Source of the DNA: Cyanobacteria bacterium P01_A01_bin.123
GTDB taxonomy: Bacteria > Cyanobacteriota > Cyanobacteriia > Phormidesmidales > Phormidesmidaceae
Direction: 5' to 3'
Assembly (NCBI GenBank): GCA_039815185.1
Contig: JBCBZT010000014.1
Coordinates: forward strand, 78,436-142,435
DNA: 64,000 nt
Under the pieces are notes generated by a model. It had not been told where the DNA came from and made no database searches. It was given only the letters and a program-made list of their open reading frames with translations. Positions 39,420-52,014 of this stretch are shown here, piece by piece (position 1 is the stretch's first letter; the number at the start of each line of letters is the position of its first letter). Both the position numbers and the translations under genes were made by a program.

Positions 39420-40775
39420 ATGCAAACGTCCGAAAAACCGCTTAAGCTCGACACCAGTTTAGAGTCGAATCAAGCTTCTGGCTTTGATCCCCACGAACCG
39501 CCCAAGCCTGAGTTAATTGATGCTTGTGTCCACTGTGGGTTTTGCCTCACCACCTGTCCCAGCTATCGCGTCATTGGCAAGGAAAACGACTCGCCTCGGG
39601 GCCGCATTTACTTAATGGATGCGATCAATAAGGGCGAGGCTCCCCTATCCCCCGCTTCAGTACAGCATTTTGACTCGTGCTTAGGCTGTTTGGCATGCAC
39701 TACAGCCTGCCCTTCTGGGGTGCAATATGACAAATTGATTGCCGCAACTCGCCCCCAAGTGCAGCGTAACCATCCCCGCAGTTTACCTGCCAAAGCCTTG
39801 CGGGCACTTATTTTTAACCTATTTCCCTATCCAGATCGGATTCGGTTGTTGTTAACCCCCTTAGCCCTGTACCAACGCTTAGGGGTGTCTAAACTTGTGC
39901 AGCGTACGGGGCTGCTCAGGCGAGTTTCACCCAACTTAGCCGCGATGGAATCATTGCTGCCCTCGGTTGACGTCAAATGTTTCCAAGACAATCTGTCTGA
40001 AACGGTCCCGGCTCAAGGGGAAAAACGCTACCGGGTCGGCATGATTTTGGGTTGCGTACAGCGCGTCTTTTTCTCAGGGGTAAATGAAGCTACCGCGCGG
40101 GTGCTCTCTGCCAATGGCTGTGAAGTCTTTATTCCCAAAAGCCAAGGGTGTTGCTCAGCCCTACCCGAACACCAGGGTGAAGAGGCCCAAGCAGCCGCAC
40201 TAGCACGGCAGATGATTGATAGCTTTCAAGATCGCGAGGTTGATTACATCGTTATCAATGCGGCAGGGTGTGGTCATACGCTTAAGGAATACGGCCACAT
40301 TTTGCGCCACGACCCTATCTATCGGGCCAAGGGCGAGGCTTTCTCGGCCAAGGTGAGAGATATTCATGAGTTCTTGGCAGAAATCGGTATCACGGCTAAG
40401 CTACATCCCTTGCAGAGTGACCCGTTGACGCTGGTCTATCAAGATGCCTGTCATTTGATCCACGGTCAAAAAATTAGTGCCCAACCCCGCCAGTTGCTGC
40501 GACAAATTCCGGGGGTGCAGCTGAGGGAACCGCTGGATGCCGCCCTGTGTTGCGGCAGTGCTGGGGTCTACAACATGTTGCAACCCCAGGTGGCTGAAGA
40601 ATTAGGGGCAATGAAAGCCAAGAATTTAGTGAAGACAGGGGCGACCGCGATCGCGTCGGCAAACCCCGGTTGTTCCCTGCAAATTAAAAAACATTTGGCT
40701 GAGCAAGGCCAATCGATACCGCTATATCACCCCGTTACGCTCCTGGATCGATCCATTCGGGGAGACGCTCTGTGA
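39420..40775 (+). CDS. glcF: glycolate oxidase iron-sulfur subunit
   Basis: CVHCGFCLTTCP, CLGCLACTTACPSGV, and CCG domains (GCC, NAAGCG, CCGSAG, NPGC). Confidence 0.92.
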   Translation: MQTSEKPLKLDTSLESNQASGFDPHEPPKPELIDACVHCGFCLTTCPSYRVIGKENDSPRGRIYLMDAINKGEAPLSPASVQHFDSCLGCLACTTACPSGVQYDKLIAATRPQVQRNHPRSLPAKALRALIFNLFPYPDRIRLLLTPLALYQRLGVSKLVQRTGLLRRVSPNLAAMESLLPSVDVKCFQDNLSETVPAQGEKRYRVGMILGCVQRVFFSGVNEATARVLSANGCEVFIPKSQGCCSALPEHQGEEAQAAALARQMIDSFQDREVDYIVINAAGCGHTLKEYGHILRHDPIYRAKGEAFSAKVRDIHEFLAEIGITAKLHPLQSDPLTLVYQDACHLIHGQKISAQPRQLLRQIPGVQLREPLDAALCCGSAGVYNMLQPQVAEELGAMKAKNLVKTGATAIASANPGCSLQIKKHLAEQGQSIPLYHPVTLLDRSIRGDAL

Positions 40776-40798
40776 GATCAGCGCTGTACAGTAAACCA

Positions 40799-40871
<73 letters not shown>

Positions 40872-41028
40872 TTGCATAAGCACAGTTATAGATACTAGCA
40901 GACAACCTTGTGCATCTGCGCGCAGAATGTAAAATTTCAGCCCATGAATTCTAAATAGGCCATTCAAAAAGGGGTCGCAATCACCATAAACAGGGTAGGA
41001 TGGGCGACACGGTCAATACAAACGCACT

Positions 41029-41547
41029 ATGCCCTCTGGTCGAACCCACGATCGCATTACGCTTTGGACATTGCCCCTGGTCACTACCCTGACGATGCGC
41101 TTAACGGTCAGCCTGTGGATCACGGCAGTTGTCAGCGCTGGGTTTCTCTTTGGTGGGTTGATGTTTGGCCCTGATCTCGATATTCATTCAGTGCAGTACA
41201 AACGGTGGGGCTGTTTTCGGTGGATTTGGCTACCCTATCGGGGTAGTTTGCTGCATCGTTCAACCCTCTCCCATGGGCCAATCATTGGCACAACGCTACG
41301 AGTGATCTATGTGTCGATATGGTTGGGGGTAGTCGTGGTTATTGTGGCAGGGTGTCTCAACGCGATCGCCCAATCCGCTATTACCTGGCGAGATTTAGGT
41401 TTGAGCGTCAGTCAACTGCTACAAGCGCATAGTCAAGAGTGGTTAGGTTTATTGATTGGCATAGAATTGGGTGCTTTGAGCCACTCTGTCAGCGATTGGG
41501 TCGTGTCTTCTGTTAAGCGGTCGCGACGACAGCGAAAACGCAAATGA
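41029..41547 (+). CDS. putative metal-binding membrane protein (DUF2227-like)
   Basis: MPSGRTHD, GPDLD, HRSTLSHGP and SHSVSD. Confidence 0.85.
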   Translation: MPSGRTHDRITLWTLPLVTTLTMRLTVSLWITAVVSAGFLFGGLMFGPDLDIHSVQYKRWGCFRWIWLPYRGSLLHRSTLSHGPIIGTTLRVIYVSIWLGVVVVIVAGCLNAIAQSAITWRDLGLSVSQLLQAHSQEWLGLLIGIELGALSHSVSDWVVSSVKRSRRQRKRK

Positions 41548-41675
41548 GATCAGCGGCTTAGTCACTGATAGGTGATTCCATTGCCAACCGTTTTAATCTC
41601 CAAGCGTTTTAATCTAAGGGGAGGCAAATTTTTACCTAGAGTCCGCCAACTTTGCTCGCAATCTATTTCTAACCC

Positions 41676-42566
41676 ATGGCTTCACCTTCCAAAATCCCCG
41701 AGTCTGACACTCCAACTGCCCATACTTCTCCAGCCGATGCCACCTTGGCGGCCCTCCAGCGGTTGATCGACATTGTCCGTCAACTGCGCGATCCTGAAAG
41801 CGGTTGCCCTTGGGATTTAGCCCAAACCCCCCAAACCCTGATTCCCTATGTGATTGAAGAAGCCTATGAAGTGGTAGATGCCTTGCAGTTGGGAGATGCC
41901 AACGCGATCGCAGAGGAACTGGGCGACTTGCTGCTCCAAGTGGTGCTCCAGGCCCAAATTGCCAGTGAGGCCCAGCAGTTTGACTTGACCCAGGTTGCCA
42001 AGGGAATTGCTGACAAATTGATCCGTCGCCATCCCCATGTCTTTGGCGACGTGGCAGCGGATTCGGTAGAGGCTGTCCATCGTAACTGGGAGCAAATCAA
42101 AGCAGAAGAAAAGGGGATCGCCCACGAGCCTAATCGGTTAACCCCCAAATTGACCAAATACAGCCGCACCCTACCGCCACTGATGGCGGCCATGAAAATT
42201 TCTCAAAAAGCGGCTAAAGCTGGATTTGAATGGGACAGCGTCGATGGGGTTTGGGACAAGTTTCAAGAAGAACTGGGCGAATTTCGCCACGCGATCGCCC
42301 ACGAACCCCTAGCTAATCAGCAGGCAGAATTGGGAGATTTGCTGTTTACCCTAGTGAATTTAGCCCGCTGGTATGGTCTCGATCCCTCAGCGGCGCTCCA
42401 AGGTACTCACCGCCGCTTCATTGACCGATTTGCCCAGGTAGAAGCCGCCGCGGGACAATCCCTGAACAACTTTTCGATTGAAGAACTGGAAGCTTTCTGG
42501 CAGGCAGCTAAGGCCAATCTCAAACAAGCTTCAGCCACGGATGACCTCAATACGCCACTGGCATGA
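41676..42566 (+). CDS. mazG: nucleoside triphosphate pyrophosphohydrolase
   Basis: GCPWDLAQT, EEAYEV, EELGDLLLQV, RRHPHVF, and a second ELGDLLF. Confidence 0.95.
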   Translation: MASPSKIPESDTPTAHTSPADATLAALQRLIDIVRQLRDPESGCPWDLAQTPQTLIPYVIEEAYEVVDALQLGDANAIAEELGDLLLQVVLQAQIASEAQQFDLTQVAKGIADKLIRRHPHVFGDVAADSVEAVHRNWEQIKAEEKGIAHEPNRLTPKLTKYSRTLPPLMAAMKISQKAAKAGFEWDSVDGVWDKFQEELGEFRHAIAHEPLANQQAELGDLLFTLVNLARWYGLDPSAALQGTHRRFIDRFAQVEAAAGQSLNNFSIEELEAFWQAAKANLKQASATDDLNTPLA

Positions 42567-42690
42567 TGGATCAACCCTCCTCCAAAGCCAGACTTACAGC
42601 CTCCCTGAGCTTTAAGCTCAAGCATTTTGCCAGCGCCTAAAAAGGCATGTTTTCAAATCGAATGTAGTTTAGCGGCGCGCCCAACACCCG

Positions 42691-42711
42691 ACTGAATGTT
42701 CGGTATATAAT
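42691..42711 (+). promoter_or_regulatory. putative TetR operator next to a -10 box
   Basis: Imperfect palindrome ACTGAATGTTCGGT followed closely by TATAAT, just upstream of the tetR gene. Confidence 0.5.
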
Positions 42712-42738
42712 GGTGATCAGCCATTTAAAAATTGAGCC

Positions 42739-43314
42739 ATGGTAAAGCAAGGTGCAAAGCTTGAGGATCGACGCAAAAACGCTGTGGTAAAACTACTGCC
42801 TGTCTTTCGGCAGTATGGGTATGAGGGAGCAACCCTATCCCGCCTGTCAGACGCAACTGGGTTGGGAAGAGCCAGCCTCTACCATCACTTTCCGAACGGC
42901 AAGGAAGAAATGGCGGCAGGGGTTTTGGATTATGCTCGCGAAGTGGTGGGTGAAACGATTATTTCCCCCCTCAAGGCACCAGGGGAGCCGCTGACACGCT
43001 TGTGCACGATGAGTCAACGGGTGAGTGAGTTTTATCATCAAGGCCAAAGCGCTTGCCTGCTAGCGGTGTTGTCTTTGGGAGAAGCGGATGGGCTGTTTCA
43101 TGACGCGGTTAAGCGATCGCTCGAAGGCTGGCTTAATGCCCTAACCCAAGTCTTGATTGAAGCAGGGATTGAACCGAACACGGCCCGGGAGCGCTCTGAA
43201 AATGCGGTGATGCAAATTCAAGGGGCACTGGTGCTGGTACGTGGCTTGGAGGATACAAGCTTGTTTGATCGGGTTATGGCACAACTGCCAGATCTGCTAT
43301 TGGCGAAGGATTAA
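42739..43314 (+). CDS. TetR/AcrR family transcriptional regulator
   Basis: HTH segment FRQYGYEGATL...GLGRASLYHHFPNGKEE. Confidence 0.93.
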   Translation: MVKQGAKLEDRRKNAVVKLLPVFRQYGYEGATLSRLSDATGLGRASLYHHFPNGKEEMAAGVLDYAREVVGETIISPLKAPGEPLTRLCTMSQRVSEFYHQGQSACLLAVLSLGEADGLFHDAVKRSLEGWLNALTQVLIEAGIEPNTARERSENAVMQIQGALVLVRGLEDTSLFDRVMAQLPDLLLAKD

Positions 43315-43318
43315 AAGT

Positions 43319-43345
43319 AACGGGCACAGCTATGCCGTGCCCGTT
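43319..43345. terminator. hairpin between convergent tetR and gnd (bidirectional terminator or REP-like)
   Basis: AACGGGCACAGC-TAT-GCCGTGCCCGTT. Confidence 0.65.
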
Positions 43346-43377
43346 GCGTAAAGGGAATTAAAAGGCGATCACGCGAC

Positions 43378-44805
43378 TTACACAGCCGCCGTTTCCTTCA
43401 TCCACTCGGTGTGGTAAATCCCATCTTTGTCGATGCGCTCATAGGTGTGCGCTCCGAAGTAGTCCCGTTGAGCTTGGGTCAGGTTTTGTGGCAAGCGACC
43501 CCGACGGTAGCTGTCGAAATAGTCTAGGGAAGCACTAAAGGCTGGCACAGGAATACCCAGCTGGGCTGCCATAGCAATCACTTCACGCCAGGCAGCCTGA
43601 CGATCCAAGATGGTTTGTTTAAACTCAGGGGCCAGTAGCAGATTTGCCAAACTTGGATTTTCATCGTAGGCATGCTTAATCTTGTTCAAGAAGCCTGCCC
43701 GAATGATGCAGCCGCCTTTCCAAATTCGTGCTGTTTCACCCAAGTCAACCCCATACTCGTAAGTCTGTGAGGCCTTACCAATCAGGGCCATCCCCTGGGC
43801 ATAGGAACAAATCTTAGAGCAGTACAAAGCATCCCGAATCTTATTGATGAATGCTTTGGTATCGCTGCCAGTGTAGGGGCTGTTTGGCCCTGTGAGCTGC
43901 TCTGAGGCCGCCATCCGCTCGTCCTTAATTGACGAAATAATCCGAGCGTTGACCGCAGCCGTAATGGTAGGAATAGCGACGCCCATTTCCAAGGCACTCA
44001 CCACCGTCCAGCGACCCGTGCCCTTTTGCCCTGCTGCATCTTTGATCAGCTCAACTAGGGGCGTTCCCGTTTCGTCGTCAATTTTGGTGAAGATGTCGGT
44101 CGTGATCTCAATCAGATAGGAGTTGAGTTCATCGGTCAAATTCCACTCACCAAAGACTTCGTGGAGTTCCTGGTGACCCAACCCCAGGGTGTTCTTGAGC
44201 AAGTCATAGGCTTCTGCAATCAGCTGCATATCACCGTATTCAATGCCGTTGTGCACCATTTTGACGTAGTGCCCAGAGCCTCCGGGGCCAATATAAGTGA
44301 CACAAGGGCCATCGTCGACCTGGGCCGCAATCTTGGTGACGATAGGTTCGAGGGAGTCATAGGCGGCGCGGGTGCCGCCGGGCATCATACTGGGGCCGTT
44401 AAGCGCCCCTTCTTCTCCACCGCTAACCCCCATGCCGATAAAGCTTAACCCAGTGGACTCAAGTTCTTTAACCCGGCGCTCGGTGTCTTCATAGAGGGAG
44501 TTGCCGCCGTCGATGATCATGTCATCATCGTCGAGTAAGGGCTTGAGTTGCTGAATCACGGCATCGACTGGACCACCTGCTTTCACCATCACCAAAATTC
44601 GGCGGGGGCGTTCGAGGGAGGTAACAAACTCTTCCAAGGAGTAAGCTGCCTTTACGTTTTTGCCCTGAGCCCTCTCGGCCATGAACTTGTCGGTTTTTTC
44701 GCGGGAACGGTTGTAAACGGCTATTGGGAACCCATTGCGCTCAACGTTGAGCGCCAGGTTTTCACCCATCACAGCCAGACCAATTACACCAAAACTCTGT
44801 GCCAT
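43378..44805 (-). CDS. gnd: 6-phosphogluconate dehydrogenase, decarboxylating
   Basis: [30 protein letters not shown] and [12 protein letters not shown]. Confidence 0.97.
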   Translation of the reverse strand: MAQSFGVIGLAVMGENLALNVERNGFPIAVYNRSREKTDKFMAERAQGKNVKAAYSLEEFVTSLERPRRILVMVKAGGPVDAVIQQLKPLLDDDDMIIDGGNSLYEDTERRVKELESTGLSFIGMGVSGGEEGALNGPSMMPGGTRAAYDSLEPIVTKIAAQVDDGPCVTYIGPGGSGHYVKMVHNGIEYGDMQLIAEAYDLLKNTLGLGHQELHEVFGEWNLTDELNSYLIEITTDIFTKIDDETGTPLVELIKDAAGQKGTGRWTVVSALEMGVAIPTITAAVNARIISSIKDERMAASEQLTGPNSPYTGSDTKAFINKIRDALYCSKICSYAQGMALIGKASQTYEYGVDLGETARIWKGGCIIRAGFLNKIKHAYDENPSLANLLLAPEFKQTILDRQAAWREVIAMAAQLGIPVPAFSASLDYFDSYRRGRLPQNLTQAQRDYFGAHTYERIDKDGIYHTEWMKETAAV

Positions 44806-44941
44806 AAGACTCCCTATCTACTTTCAGACTGTGCCTTGCTTTAGAATCTTGCATTGCCTGATAAACAGGGTAGTCAAGGTTTTAACGATCCCCAGGGGGT
44901 GCAAAGGTTTTCTTAGGATTCGGAGGGCTACAGAGGATGGC

Positions 44942-47398
44942 TTAGCTGCGGAGGCTCACCTTGAACTGTTTCTCTAAGGCTTCGCGAACTTTTTGGTGCA
45001 CGGGTTCGACATCATTGTCGGTCAAGGTGCGATCGCTGGCCCGGTAAATCAATCGAAAGGCCAAACTGCGCTGTCCTTCGGGGACAGTGTCACCGCGATA
45101 TTCATCAAATAAGGTTACTGATTCGAGTAACTTGCCCCCGGTTTTGGTGATCAGCCGTTCAAGCTCGCCCACCGAAACTTCAGTAGGGGCATAGAAGGCA
45201 ATATCGCGATCGCTGGGGGGAAAGGTCGAATACGACTTAAATACTGTCGCTGCACCGCGCTTGGTGGGGGCTAAACAGGTCACCATCACTGACCAATCCA
45301 GGTCAAACAGGTAGACCTCATCCGGTAGCCCCCGTGACTGGCGCAACTGGGGATGGAGTTGTCCAAAGGTGCCTAGGCGAGTTCTGCCCCTTACCCAGAG
45401 GGAAGCCGTACGTCCTGGGTGCAGCCGCGTGTCTTCGCTGTCGGGGCGAAAGTCTACAGCCAGACCAATACGTTGAAACACCGCATCTAAAATGCCTTTG
45501 GCTGCATACCAGGTAAGGGGTTGATCTTGACCTGCGCTGACCCATTGACCCGAGCGGCGATCGCCCCCTATCACCCCACCCAGGGCTTCGGCTTCATGCT
45601 GGCCTGACTCATCGACCCAAAAGATATGCCCTATTTCAAACCCGTTGAGGGGGCCGTTACCCTGCTCCAGGTTGAACTGGAAGGCATCAATTAGACCCGT
45701 AATCAAGTCAGCTCGCAGGGCAGAATATTCGGAAAACAGCGGGTTGGCGATCACAACCTGCTTCGCGTCTAGCGGACGCGTGACTGAATAATGGATGAGC
45801 TCGGTTAACCCCGCCCCCCGGAAAGCTTCTCGCACTCGACGGGCTAGGGCTGCTTCTGGGGAAAGAAAGCCAGCGTCGGCTTCGTTGGGCAGCGTATCAG
45901 CGAAGTTGTCATAGCCATAAAGCCGGGCCACTTCTTCAATCAGGTCAATTTCGCGCTCCAAGTCACGATAACGGTAAGGGGGGATGCTCACAGTCCACAC
46001 CCCAGCAGTGTTAGCCTCCGCCTCGCAGCCAAGTTTGGTCAGCACCGTTTCCACATCTGTCGCAGACAGTAACGATAACCCCTGGTCTGTTTTGATTGGC
46101 CCCAAAATCTCATTCACGCGGGTTAACCGCAGGGTTAAGGTGCGACTCGGGGTGATATGGCCGCTTTCAGTGCGATCGCTGGCTTGGGTAACTACGGTGG
46201 CACCAGCCAAGTCTTGCATCAATTGCAGAGCCCGATTACAGGCAGCTTCGAGTTCTGCCGGATTTACCCCCCGTTCATAGCGGGCCGAGGCTTCTGTTCG
46301 CAACCCCTGACTGCGGGCCGAGCGCCGAATGGCGGCTGGGTCAAAATAGGCAGCTTCTAGCATCACCGTTTGGGTGTCTCCATGCACCTCTGTGTCTTCG
46401 CCCCCCATCACCCCAGCCAAAGCAACGGGGATATCGTTCGCGGTAATCAGCAGGGTTTCGGCCTCGAGTTGGCGCTTTTGGCTGTCAAGGGTGACGAGGG
46501 TTTCGTCAGATTTGGCATAACGGACACCCAGCGTTAGTCGGTCGCTTTGGGTCACAGTTAAGAGTCGATCGCGATCAAACGCGTGGAGAGGCTGGCCCCA
46601 TTCCAGCAATACATAGTTGGTAATGTCAACGATGTTATTGATCGGCCGAGTCCCTGCTGCCTGGAGGCGCTGCTGCAACCACAGCGGAGACGGGGTGATC
46701 TTGATCTGTGTTAACACGGTGCCCGTGTATATGGGACAGGCTTTGGCATCGCTAAGTGTCACCGACAACCCAGTGGCACCATTACCCTCGATTATTGGTG
46801 CTGGCGCATCAGGAAGTTTCAGGGTTGCCCCGGTAATTGCACCAACCTCACGGGCAATACCGACCATACTGAGAGCATCTGCCCGATTTGCCGTCGATGT
46901 CAAATCTAATACCACATCATCCAAGCCCAAATGGGGACGAGCATCTTCTCCCACCGACAGTTCCCCAGATAGCCCTGCGGGATCAAAAATATGAATTCCC
47001 TCAGACTCCTTTGCCAGACCGATCTCAGCCAAGGAACAAATCATCCCGGCTGACGGCACACCCCGTAGTTCTCGGGCCTTAATTGTCAGATCGACGATAG
47101 GCAGATACGTGCCGACCGTAGCCACTGCCACCTGAATCCCAGCTTTTACGTTGGCGGCACCACAGACAATACTCGATGGGGTTTCACCACCAATATCCAC
47201 CTGACAAACGTTCAGCTTATCCGCATTTGGGTGGGGGGTACACTGCAACACTTGCCCAACCACCACCCCTGTTGCCCAAGTGCGTCGATCTTCAATGTCT
47301 TCAACTTCAAACCCGGCCATGGTTAAGGCATCTGCCAGTGCTTCGGGGGGCAGGTCAAAGTCAACCAAGTCTCGCAGCCAGTTGAGAGAGATGCGCAT
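44942..47398 (-). CDS. pheT: phenylalanine-tRNA ligase beta subunit
   Basis: [47 protein letters not shown] and a C-terminal FDX-ACB domain. Confidence 0.97.
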   Translation of the reverse strand: MRISLNWLRDLVDFDLPPEALADALTMAGFEVEDIEDRRTWATGVVVGQVLQCTPHPNADKLNVCQVDIGGETPSSIVCGAANVKAGIQVAVATVGTYLPIVDLTIKARELRGVPSAGMICSLAEIGLAKESEGIHIFDPAGLSGELSVGEDARPHLGLDDVVLDLTSTANRADALSMVGIAREVGAITGATLKLPDAPAPIIEGNGATGLSVTLSDAKACPIYTGTVLTQIKITPSPLWLQQRLQAAGTRPINNIVDITNYVLLEWGQPLHAFDRDRLLTVTQSDRLTLGVRYAKSDETLVTLDSQKRQLEAETLLITANDIPVALAGVMGGEDTEVHGDTQTVMLEAAYFDPAAIRRSARSQGLRTEASARYERGVNPAELEAACNRALQLMQDLAGATVVTQASDRTESGHITPSRTLTLRLTRVNEILGPIKTDQGLSLLSATDVETVLTKLGCEAEANTAGVWTVSIPPYRYRDLEREIDLIEEVARLYGYDNFADTLPNEADAGFLSPEAALARRVREAFRGAGLTELIHYSVTRPLDAKQVVIANPLFSEYSALRADLITGLIDAFQFNLEQGNGPLNGFEIGHIFWVDESGQHEAEALGGVIGGDRRSGQWVSAGQDQPLTWYAAKGILDAVFQRIGLAVDFRPDSEDTRLHPGRTASLWVRGRTRLGTFGQLHPQLRQSRGLPDEVYLFDLDWSVMVTCLAPTKRGAATVFKSYSTFPPSDRDIAFYAPTEVSVGELERLITKTGGKLLESVTLFDEYRGDTVPEGQRSLAFRLIYRASDRTLTDNDVEPVHQKVREALEKQFKVSLRS

Positions 47399-48077
47399 TG
47401 CGGTGGATCTGAAGATGGGCGAATTTTATTCTACCGCTTTCACTCCATCAAGGGCCGCTAAACTCAACCCTGGAGGATTAGCATAGACTACGCGCCCAAA
47501 CCCTAGCTTGCTTGATTAATCGCTGCTGCCCAGTCGTGATCCGCTCCACAGGGTTAAAAAAATTGAACCCATCGGTAAAACAACTGAGCACATGGGCAAG
47601 CTAATCTAGACAGCTTATGTTATCGAGTGATTTAACATCGAGGCCCCAATTAAGACACAGTAATGGAACCTAATCGTCATATTACCTCACATAAACCCCT
47701 GGGTAGAGCTACAGTGATTATCCTGAGAATAGAGCCCTTAGCGCGTAAAACGGTTACAGAGGGGAGTGGTGATTGAGCCTAGAGAAATAAAGGATTAGCA
47801 GGCAGTTTTATCGGAAAAATGCCAAGGCTCAGGATATCTTTAGCAACTCTTTAATACATTTATGGGGTATATGGCATTACACCCCCCTTCGTTTCGGGGA
47901 ATAATTGAAGTAACCTAACAATGGTTGGAACCCCCTGGGAGCATCAGCAACAAAGATCTAGGGAATCAGCATTGACAAGGTTATTCCTAAGAAACACTTG
48001 TTGTGATTTAGATTATTAAAACCGTGGTTATTAGCGGTCAAAAAGTTACCAGCGGTCAAAAAGTTCAGCGAGGCTGC

Positions 48078-49697
48078 ATGAGTTATTGCATAAACCCAGC
48101 CTGTACCCAACCTAAAAATCCACCGTCTGCAAAACAGTGCAACCACTGTGGATCGCCCCTACTTCTGCGCGATCGCTATCGTATTGCCAGAGCACTTGGG
48201 AAAGGGGGGTTTGGGGCAACTTTCCTCGCCAGAGACGAGTCTCTCCCTGGGCGTCCACCTTGTGTGATCAAGCAGCTTCGGCCTTCGGCAGATGCGCCCC
48301 ATGTCTTAGACATGGCGCGGGAATTGTTTAGGCGAGAGGCGAAAACTCTGGGTAAAATCGGCAATCACCCGCAACTCCCGCGCCTGTTGGACTATTTCGA
48401 AAAGGAAAGCGAGTTTTATCTCGTTCAAGAATTTATCAGTGGGCTCACCCTCCAACAAGAGGTCAAACGAGGGGGGCCCTTCAGCGAAGCTGGGGTTAAG
48501 CAGTTCCTCTGTGAAGTTTTGCCGATGATGCAGTACGTGCACAGCCAGGAAGTGATTCACCGGGATATCAAGCCCGCCAACCTAATTCGCCGCGACCAAG
48601 ACAAGAAGCTAGTGCTGATTGATTTTGGGGCCGTCAAGGACAAAATCAACCCAGTTGAAGAAAATAACGCCTCTGAACAAACGGCCTTAACGGCCTACGC
48701 CATTGGTACCCCAGGCTATGCCCCCCCTGAGCAAATGGCCTTGCGTCCTGTGTACGCTAGCGATATTTACGCGATTGGAGTGACCTGCGTTTATTTGCTC
48801 ACGGCCAAATCCCCCAAAGATTTGGCCTATGACCCCACCACAGGGGAGCTTCTATGGCGCGACAAGGTTAACATTAGCGACCACTTTGCGACAGTGCTCC
48901 AAAAGATGTTGGAGATTTCAGTTCGCCATCGCTATCAGTCTGCCGAGGCTATTTTTCGAGATTTAGATTTAGAGCCCTATCTAGAAAGTCTGGCTCAAAA
49001 CATGGCGTTTCCGGTCAATTCATCCGCTAGATCGGGTAGTAATGGCCCCAATAGTGGCCCTGTAACCTCTCCCAGCAGTGAGTTAACGTCTCCTTCTTCC
49101 CCGTCGTCTCGGATGGCTGAGGCGATTCGCGCCCGGCGCGCCCGTGCAGCCTCGAAGTCTTCAGCTACAGGGACTGGCCTCGGGCCTTCTGGGACTCGCA
49201 TCGGCATGCCGATGTCTCGGAATGGAGCCAGCGAACAGAATACCGTTGGTCAACGAGGGCGCCAGAAAACCCTGACGGCAGAGGATGTCCAAATTGCCTA
49301 CACAAAGGGTCGGCGAGATTTTTCCATGCAGACGCTGACACTGCTCAATTTTCAGCGCACGATGTTGGCGGATGCAAACTTTGCCCAGTCTAAGCTGCAT
49401 AAAGCCAATTTTCAGGAGGCTGATTTAGCTAAGGCAAACTTTGGGCGAGCAAATTTGACCCAGGCGAGTCTGAAAAATGCCCAGTTGGGGCGGGCTTACT
49501 TCAGCTATGCCAATCTAGAAGGGGCAGATTTGCGAGGCGCAAATCTAAATTATGCTTGCCTCACCCACGCTAATTTGCGGGGTGCAAATCTCTGCGGTGC
49601 CGATTTGACCGGAGCCCAGATCAGCGATGAGCAGCTAGCCATGGCCCGCACAAACCTATCGACGGTTTACCCCAACGGCAAACGACGATTTTTCTAA
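48078..49697 (+). CDS. Ser/Thr protein kinase with 4-Cys N-terminus and C-terminal pentapeptide repeats (SpkB-like)
   Basis: MSYCINPAC...[31 protein letters not shown] and A(N/D)LxG repeats. Confidence 0.92.
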   Translation: MSYCINPACTQPKNPPSAKQCNHCGSPLLLRDRYRIARALGKGGFGATFLARDESLPGRPPCVIKQLRPSADAPHVLDMARELFRREAKTLGKIGNHPQLPRLLDYFEKESEFYLVQEFISGLTLQQEVKRGGPFSEAGVKQFLCEVLPMMQYVHSQEVIHRDIKPANLIRRDQDKKLVLIDFGAVKDKINPVEENNASEQTALTAYAIGTPGYAPPEQMALRPVYASDIYAIGVTCVYLLTAKSPKDLAYDPTTGELLWRDKVNISDHFATVLQKMLEISVRHRYQSAEAIFRDLDLEPYLESLAQNMAFPVNSSARSGSNGPNSGPVTSPSSELTSPSSPSSRMAEAIRARRARAASKSSATGTGLGPSGTRIGMPMSRNGASEQNTVGQRGRQKTLTAEDVQIAYTKGRRDFSMQTLTLLNFQRTMLADANFAQSKLHKANFQEADLAKANFGRANLTQASLKNAQLGRAYFSYANLEGADLRGANLNYACLTHANLRGANLCGADLTGAQISDEQLAMARTNLSTVYPNGKRRFF

Positions 49698-50902
49698 TGA
49701 TCTAGGCGGGTCTTTTCAGACCAAATACGGGTGGGAAGCCCCCAAACGTAGATGAAGCCTTCCGCTGCTTTGTGGTCAAACTGATCGCCAGTGCCGTAGG
49801 TTGCCAAATCTTCGTTGTACAAAGCCTTTTCAGATTTGCGGCCTACCACCGTAGCTGTGCCTTTGAAGAATTTCACGCGTACGGTACCGGAAACGCGTTC
49901 CTGGGTTTGCTGAATAAACGCATCAAGTGCACCTTTTAGCGGACTGTACCAAAGACCGTTGTAAACTAGCTTGCTGTAAGTTTCTTCAATGCCCCGTTTG
50001 TATTGGGTAACATCTGCGGTTAGGGTCATGCTTTCAAGATCACGGTGGGCCTGAATCAACGCGATCAGAGCTGGGGTTTCGTAGATTTCCCGAGATTTAA
50101 TGCCGACTAGGCGATTTTCAATCATGTCAACTCGACCGACGCCGTGACGACCGACAACTGCATTGAGTTCAGTAATCAGTGTGACCGGATCCATGGCGGT
50201 GCCGTTGAGCCCAACCGGAATTCCTTGCTCGAAGCTGATTTCAGCATATTCGGGTTCGTCAGGGCTATCGGCGATCGCGCGGGTCATCACATAGATTTCT
50301 TCGGGGGGCTCGGTCCAGGGGTTTTCCAGTGGCCCGGCTTCGATACTGCGTCCTAATAGGTTGCGGTCGATGCTGTAGGGAGAAGACTTTTTCACCGGAA
50401 ATTCTAAGCCGAACTGTTCTCCGTAGGCGATCGCTTCTTCTCGGCTCATCCCCCATTCTCGGGCTGGAGCCAGCACTTTGATGTTGGGATTGAGGGCAGC
50501 AATGGAGACATCGAAGCGAACTTGGTCGTTACCTTTACCCGTGCAGCCATGGGCTACAGCGTCTGCACCATACTCTTCTGCGGCTTCGACCAAAAGCTTA
50601 GCAATCAGCGGGCGAGCCAATGCTGTAGAGAGCGGGTAGCGATTTTCATAGAGCGCATTGGCCTGAATAGCCGGGAACGCATAGTCTTTAACGAAGCGTT
50701 CGGTGGCATCGATCACCAGGGATTCTTTGGCGCCAGATGTTAGCGCCTTTTTGCGGATGGGTTCTAACTCGTCACCCTGGCCCAAATCTGCCGCTAGGGT
50801 AATGACTTCTTTGACCCCAAATTCACTCTTGAGGTAAGGAATGCAAACGGTGGTATCCACTCCGCCCGAATATGCCAGGACAACTCTTTCTGCGCGACCC
50901 AT
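49694..50902 (-). CDS. argG: argininosuccinate synthase
   Basis: [22 protein letters not shown] and [14 protein letters not shown]. Confidence 0.97.
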   Translation of the reverse strand: MGRAERVVLAYSGGVDTTVCIPYLKSEFGVKEVITLAADLGQGDELEPIRKKALTSGAKESLVIDATERFVKDYAFPAIQANALYENRYPLSTALARPLIAKLLVEAAEEYGADAVAHGCTGKGNDQVRFDVSIAALNPNIKVLAPAREWGMSREEAIAYGEQFGLEFPVKKSSPYSIDRNLLGRSIEAGPLENPWTEPPEEIYVMTRAIADSPDEPEYAEISFEQGIPVGLNGTAMDPVTLITELNAVVGRHGVGRVDMIENRLVGIKSREIYETPALIALIQAHRDLESMTLTADVTQYKRGIEETYSKLVYNGLWYSPLKGALDAFIQQTQERVSGTVRVKFFKGTATVVGRKSEKALYNEDLATYGTGDQFDHKAAEGFIYVWGLPTRIWSEKTRLDH

Positions 50903-51455
50903 AGTGAGAACCTTCTAACGCCACAAGCATTTTATTATCTACCCAATTGGTGCGTTTCCCCGCTCATTGCTGACAGAATCTGATGACATTGGGGGTTATG
51001 TGCTCAACGTCTTGGATGATGGGGTTGCATTCCCATTCCGCGGCAGGAGGATTTTTGCTGTTTTACGAAGGACAGTGGGCGATCGCGCCTTGACCAGATC
51101 TGCACCCTTTACATCAGCTCCAACGCCAAGTTAGGCAAGCAAACACTTTAGACTGCTAGGGTTCGTGATTCAACCTAGCCTACGAAATGACTCGTTGAAA
51201 CTAGGTGGCAAGATACACTAGACGGCAAAACTTATCGTGAAGCTTTCATATGCCTTGTGTTCCTTCCGGGTCATGCGTTTTGCTGAGATTATTCTAATGA
51301 CATTCATTGATTTTAGGTCAATTCTACTAAATCCAACTGGGATATATGTCCTATTGATTTAGGAAGTTTGGTACAGGCGTTGATCAATTCAAATTTCATA
51401 GGATGAACATGTTCCAAACAAAGGAACAAACTCATTACTAATTCGGAGCATCCTA

Positions 51456-51884
51456 ATGCAAATTCAACTCACCCGTAAAAGAATCGTTAACGCAGTACTA
51501 ATCGGGGCCATGACCCTGACGGTTGGTGGTTTTCATATCCAGCCTGCTGCAGCCCAAGTTGACCGGAGTGCCTTTCGTGAAGCAGCAAGAGAACTCAACT
51601 TAAGCCGATCTCAGATGCAGAGCGTTGGTGGTATTATGCAAAGCTTTAACGCTGAGATTCAAGAAATTCTTACCCCTGAGCAAGTTGAACTCCTACAGTC
51701 CGCACGGGAAGAGCAGCAGTCTCAATCTCAGGCTCAGGATCCCCAGGAACTACAGGCAGAATTGAATTTAACAGAGACCCAGTCGGAGCAGCTTGCCGTT
51801 GCACGCGAAGAAATGGTTACAGAATTGCAAGGGGTTTTAACCCCTGAGCAAGTTGAAGGATTGATGGAAATGACTGGCTTTTAG
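51456..51884 (+). CDS. exported helical-repeat protein (Spy/CpxP-like)
   Basis: Signal peptide, then repeated LNL(S/T)xxQ and (I/V)LTPEQ motifs. Confidence 0.7.
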   Translation: MQIQLTRKRIVNAVLIGAMTLTVGGFHIQPAAAQVDRSAFREAARELNLSRSQMQSVGGIMQSFNAEIQEILTPEQVELLQSAREEQQSQSQAQDPQELQAELNLTETQSEQLAVAREEMVTELQGVLTPEQVEGLMEMTGF

Positions 51885-51953
51885 CAGCTCTAAACCACGC
51901 ATTTTTTCTAACCGTAATTCATACGGCATTACATACCTCACGGGCACTCGATG

Positions 51954-51990
51954 ACTCCTCCTAGCTCTGATTTATGAGATTAGGAGGAGT
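51954..51990 (+). terminator. putative terminator hairpin
   Basis: ACTCCTCCTA...TAGGAGGAGT stem downstream of the Spy-like gene. Confidence 0.55.
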
Positions 51991-52014
51991 TTCCTGACAT
52001 TTTAATTAATAAGG